From Rhopilema esculentum (Eukaryota), in the NCBI RefSeq assembly GCF_013076305.1, contig NW_027019640.1, positions 4,874,378 through 4,938,377 on the forward strand: DNA of 64,000 nucleotides. The letters are read 5' to 3'. A model generated the notes under the pieces. That model did not search any database, was not told where the DNA came from, and saw only the letters and a list, made by a program, of their open reading frames with translations. The stretch's first letter is position 1, and the number at the start of each line of letters is the position of its first letter. The position numbers and the translations under genes are program-made. Shown piece by piece: positions 43,201 through 49,200 of this stretch.

Positions 43201-46200
43201 GCGTCCTTATAAGTTGACAAAAGTGCCCCAAGACTTTTGGCAGTGAGCGTATTTCATCCCGTCTTTCTCTCTTTTTTCCTTAAAGCGCCCGTGCTTTATG
43301 TCTAGCTTTGTTAGTGTCTGCATCAACGAAGAATCATGAAATCTGTCCATTTTCAATTATCGTCATTTTGAAGTGACGGAAATCTCTTGACAAGCTAAAA
43401 ATTCCTCCAATCCCTTATGCTGCTTATCTAAGGTCCTTAGTAGAAGGGGATCTTGATAGTTGGGGGGGGGGGGGTCAGAAATTTTTTCAAAAAATAAATA
43501 AGCGGGGGGGGGTCCTAGTAAGTGGGGGGGTTAGAAATGAGAAAAACCTGAAAAATCACATGATGATTCTTTTTTGGGGTTAAAGGAGATTTTCTTCTGA
43601 AGACAATCGATAGCAAAATGACAATTATCACCATGTAATAACGTATTTTTGTATTACTAAAATGAGCAGGCTAATTATCATTGTGTACATCAGTCAGGCC
43701 TATGTAAATCTTTTTAGGATGTCACTACTTTTCTATGTTAAAACTTTTGTACAATGCAACCTCTTCATTTAAGAGAAACTTTACAGAAATTTCACACCTG
43801 CAAGATCAAAGGACAAATGAAATAAGGGATATGAATGACTGCATATAAAAATTAATAAACGGAGGTCCAAAAATAAGCTCCGGGGGGGGGGGGGGGGGTT
43901 TCAGAAAAAAATCAAAAAATTAATAAGCGTCCCCCCCTTCTATTAAGGACCTTAGAGTACTTTTGTCAGTTGCTTCAACATGTTTTTCATTGAGTATCTC
44001 AATTCTATGAACTGTAATTCCTACAGTTTGGTTGCGTGGTATCTACGTCTTTTGACGGCTCTTTGAAAGTTTGGACTCATAAGGGAGTGGAGATCACCAC
44101 GCTACAAGCACATAGCGAACGGGCAAATGGGCTTTGCCTGTGGAAACAAGGGGTATGCAACAGTTTTTTCTGAATAGTGATTCATAATATTGTTTTCTTA
44201 ACAATGACAGTAAATATCAAAACTATAGAAATCCATCGTAGAAACCTGAGCTGTTTCACATGCAGTATAGCTATGACTTCGTGTTGCAGTTGTTCAAAGT
44301 CATCACTCAAAGAATCAGATTCGATTTCTTATCTGTATCGAAATGAAATAGAATTTTATACCCGGAAAATTTGTATGTACAAAGAAGCTATATTTGTAAA
44401 ATTTATCATAGCAAGAGTATTTTCTGAAAAAATATCTACGATCAACCCGCTAAAATCTTGTTATCATTGTTTTGCATTTAAAGTGTAGTGAAAGTTTTAA
44501 ATCATATTTGATCTTTATGTAAACAGTCGAGGGTGAATTATACATTTGCTGCACCGGCACATTTTGATTTTCAGTTGATAATGATTTACGTTTGAGGTTT
44601 GAAAGATAGGCATCTAATGATACGTGGTACATTTTTGGAGTTGTCTCACTTTTTATCGTCCTGTTCAAGCTTTTTGTAGTTGATTGCTTAAACTGTGGCT
44701 CGCTCTGTTTCAGGATGAAAGTATTGACCACTGGGAGCTTGATGACACCAGTGAAATGTCGACAAACCAGCTGATCAAAAACAAGCAGCCAAAATTGGAA
44801 CAGGTAGAAATCGTGACGACAAGTGACGATGGGACTGCAAAGAAATGGAAGCCGTTCGTGGTAAGTGATTCAAAAGAACGTTTACCCTTGTTGTTTAGTT
44901 TATTGATCTGTACCTGGGAGGTCCAGCTTTAGAGACCTGACTGTGGGCTGTTTTCATCTACAAGCATTGTTTAAAAACGCCTGTGAAAGACCATTTCGGA
45001 GCTACATCATCAAGATAAGACAAAGCAAATTTTAAGGAATAATTTGAAACAAAACAGTAGCTGCAATAAATATCACAAACCTCTTTTTGCCAAAATATTC
45101 TTTAAGAGAAGGGGCCTCTTTGGCAGCAAAAAAACTGTATCATCAGATTACGCCATGTTTGTTCGTAGACTTTCATCTTGTCTCGATTTCGTTACAGCCT
45201 CATTTCATTGAGAATCTGAATGGTCATACAGATGTAGTATCCAGTGTTGTTGTTAGCCCCAATGGGAATGATGTGTTCAGCGGTAGCTATGACAAGTCAA
45301 TCAATTGCTGGGACCAGTCGATGGTAATTTTTTGTTAACGTTCAAAAAAGCCAATACACATTCTTCCATAGCTTGTTTTGATACTGATTTGAACAATTTA
45401 GATTTAACCTGCAAGAACATGCTTGTTCTTTGATCACAGATGGAAGTACCCAAATTCAAGATGAAATTTTGTTTGTCAACGAAGCTCGTATCTCAATTTG
45501 TTTTGTTAAAAAAAAGAAATCGCAGAAAGTTTTATGCAACTGAAATACTCTGATGTAACCATCCAACGTTTTGTAAATAGATGTAGTAAGCTGCCAAAAC
45601 AGCTGTTTATTGTAACTTGTGGCTGTTTCTACAGACAACGCTCAAGTTTCATTTTCAGTCTGCAACACAGAAAACATGGCATAAAACAGAAATCAATTGC
45701 AATATTTTCCTAGGGCCTTCAACTATGTGCTTGAAATGTCTGTTGTCTCAAACTAGTAGATCTGGACAAGTTCCTGCAAGTCTCCTTTTGAATAATCATT
45801 TCTCTAGATGCTTCCATGAATTTTTTTTTGCCCTAAAAACCATTAAGATTTTTGTAAAGTATTGTTGATATCTTATCGTAATAACGCTCAAACCTGAATT
45901 AATCTATGGTCAGATTCACTGAGTTTTATAAATGCTGCGTTTGGATGTATTGTTTATTATAATTTCATTTTCTTATGATCTAAGAAGTGTAGTTTTTTTT
46001 AAATGTCATAATTTTTCCATAGTTCGAAGCTAGAGATCGTACTCACTCAACTGAAGTCAAATGCATTAGAATATCCGAAAGTGGAAAGTATGCTGCATCA
46101 TGTGGAAGGTAAATCGTTCATATGCATTTAAAATAAAGAAACTGCTTTTGTGCTTAGTTGTATTTTTCATCAGGATTGTAAACGCAAAACTTTTAAAAAT

Positions 46201-49200
46201 GGTATTGTATGGTATGGTATGGTATGGTATGGTATGGTATGGTATGGTATGGTATGGTATGGTATGGTATGATATGGTATGGTATGGTATGGTATGGTAT
46301 GGTATGGTATGGTATGGTATGGTATGGTATGGTATGGTATGGTATGATGGTATGGTATGGTATGATATGATATGGTATGGTATGGTATGGTATGGTATGG
46401 TATGGTATGGTATGGTATGGTATGGTATGGTATGGTATGGTATGGTATGGTATGGTATGGTACGGTATGGTATGATATGGTATGGTATGATGGTATGGTA
46501 TGGTATGATGGTATGGTATGGTATGGTATGGTATGGTATGATGGTATGGTATTGTATGGTATGGTATGGTATTGTATGGTATGGTATGGTATGATATGGT
46601 ATGGTATGGTATTGTATGGTATGGTATGGTATGGTATGGTATGGTATGGTATGGTATGGTATGGTATGGTATGGATTGGTATGGTATGGTATGGTATGGT
46701 ATGGTGTGGTATAGTATGGTATAGTATCGTGTGGTATGGTATGTTATTTTATGGTATGGTATGGTATGTTATTTTATGGTATGATATGGTATTGAATGTA
46801 TTCTACCATGTGTGGTATATTGATGTATCGTTATTCAATCTGATTCTTTGAGTGATGACTTTGAACAACTTCAACCGAACGTAAGAAGCCGCAGGTCTTT
46901 TGAAGTAATTTAAAATTTCCTCATCCAACAGGGATGGCTTTGTCGGTGTTTGGAGCCTCTCTCCCCACAGTCAGCTGTCAACTTTTCAGGCATGTATCTG
47001 TTTGTTTCTGATCGCTGATAAATTTTTTGATCATTGAATCTTACAGTTTTGACTACTATCTCCCTATATATATCTGTTTATTCCTCTGGACATAGTGCTG
47101 AACGACAAGCACCTTACCACTTTCTTGTTTGTCATGAATTCTGCTATTTGTCATAGGCGAGTACAAAGAGTGTTAATGCTGCGTGTTTCATTAGCGATGA
47201 GCGATTTGTCACAGGGGATGACCTTGCTTGCCTCTGTTTTTGGACCCTGAGTGGCCAGTTGGTCGACACGTATGTATTATGAATTCTTAACAAATTAGTA
47301 CTGATTTTCCAATTAATTGATTTACCTATATACCTAGAATGGTACTGCAGGCTTTGCAGCTGATGTCCCTTATGTGTGCTTTTAACCATTTTGCCAGGAA
47401 TGTTTTCTATATATCCACGCAATTATCTATTTCATTGGTCCAAAAAAGTACTGTCTAATCCTGAACTTACATTAAGCCGCTTTTTACCATCTTTGGCAGT
47501 TGCAATGACTATTTTAAGATTAATGGAATAAAGGAATAGATTTGCGAATATTTCTTCAAGAGAATTTCTATCTAGTGGATTCTCATACAACAATTTTGGT
47601 CATGTGCTAGTAATTGAATTGCTGCCTTTTTATTATTTCGTGTAAAAAATTTTAAACACTACAATTAAAGCCTTTCGGTAGAATAGTTGAAAAACTTCGT
47701 TTTAAAGACATATTTCAGTGGCGAATGTTTAAAGTAATTGAAAGTTTAATAAAGAGATTTTCTGTCCTTAGGATGGACATTTCATCTGATGGCCACTCGT
47801 ACCCAATCACTTGTATCAATCGCCAGGGGAATTTACTTGCCATTGCTGCTTACAGCCTTTTTGTAGTTTGTTGGATGGATGACGATGATGCCAGGAAATG
47901 GGCGCGTACTTCTATAATGACAGACAATTTGTGAGTTTATCATTCTATGAACTGATTCATTTTGAAAAAATTGATCATTCGCAAGCAAAAAATTAACTCG
48001 ACCCAGCAGAAATAACTAAGTTTCTTTTTTTCTGCATGTCGGCGTATTTTAAAAAACCATATTTAACTTATTCAATTTAAAAAGAACTTTTCTTGTAGTT
48101 TACAGCGTTGGCCTTTCTTGAAATGTAAACGTTCAAATTCAGCTTTTATGTCCGGCCTAAAAATTTTTCAAGACTCATCTAACATTACGTCATTACAGAG
48201 TTCGTGTTTAGAATTTTTTACTTTTGGGCGCGTTACCTGAAAACACACCATGATTGTTCGGGAGATGAATCATGCTCGTCTTCCAGACCTGCACTAGCCC
48301 CCGTTTTAGAGTCATTGCACATGCTCATTATCATTTGAAGCCCTGACGGGAAGTTCAAGAGGTGTGTGGTCATAGACAGAACAGCTGTGCAAATACGGTT
48401 ATCCATGCGCATGTGCTATGACCCTGCAACACTGATTGGTTTAAGACAGTATTGTTTCGAAACAAAGGCCTGAGGGTTTCGTCTCCAGAAAAAAATGAAT
48501 AAAAACTATGACGTCGTCATTTTAATATGCAAAATCAATCAAGTTTGAGTTCAAAACGTTTAGAACCTAGACCAAGTTGTAAATTGAGAATTGGATTTGT
48601 ATTGTTCATTTCGCCATATCTCAACAAATTTGTAACAAATTTAGCTGATATTTCCCACTTAGGTTATGTGGTCCAAAATAAAAAACTCTAAGAAAACGTT
48701 GATGTAACTCTTCCATTGTAAAGAATTGTCGATACATTGTCAGGCCACGTGTTCTTGTTTTTTGACTCTAATAGTGACCCCGTTTTCTTGCCCCAGTTTT
48801 TGCTTTGACGGCTTGTGTTTGTTAAACCTTTCATTCTTCCATACCTTTTTTGTCTTTATCATAAGCTTTGCTTTTAATGGTCCTCTGTTGCCTTTACCTA
48901 TGCATCAGTTCTCTGAATTTTTCTTTAGCATTATTAATCTTCCTTTCTGAATCAGGGGCGGACACTTGGTCAAATATTGGGGAAAGCAAGACGTCACATT
49001 TCCCCATTATTTTAGAACAAACGCCCATTGTCTTCCAAAATATTGGGGGGTGTGATCACCCCCTCACCCCCCAAGTGTCTGTCACTGTTACGAATCTTTC
49101 TTTTCCAGTACCTTTCGACACTAATCAAGATATTTTGCCGCAGAGTTATTTATCTAGTATATTTTTCTGAAAGATTTCTTGAAATATCTCAGGATACTTT

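Noticed and set aside
46100-46851. Track ORFs of 164 and 159 aa, [10 protein letters not shown]...
   Set aside because: A pure translation of the (GGTAT)n microsatellite. No start context, no splice logic, intronic to TEP1.
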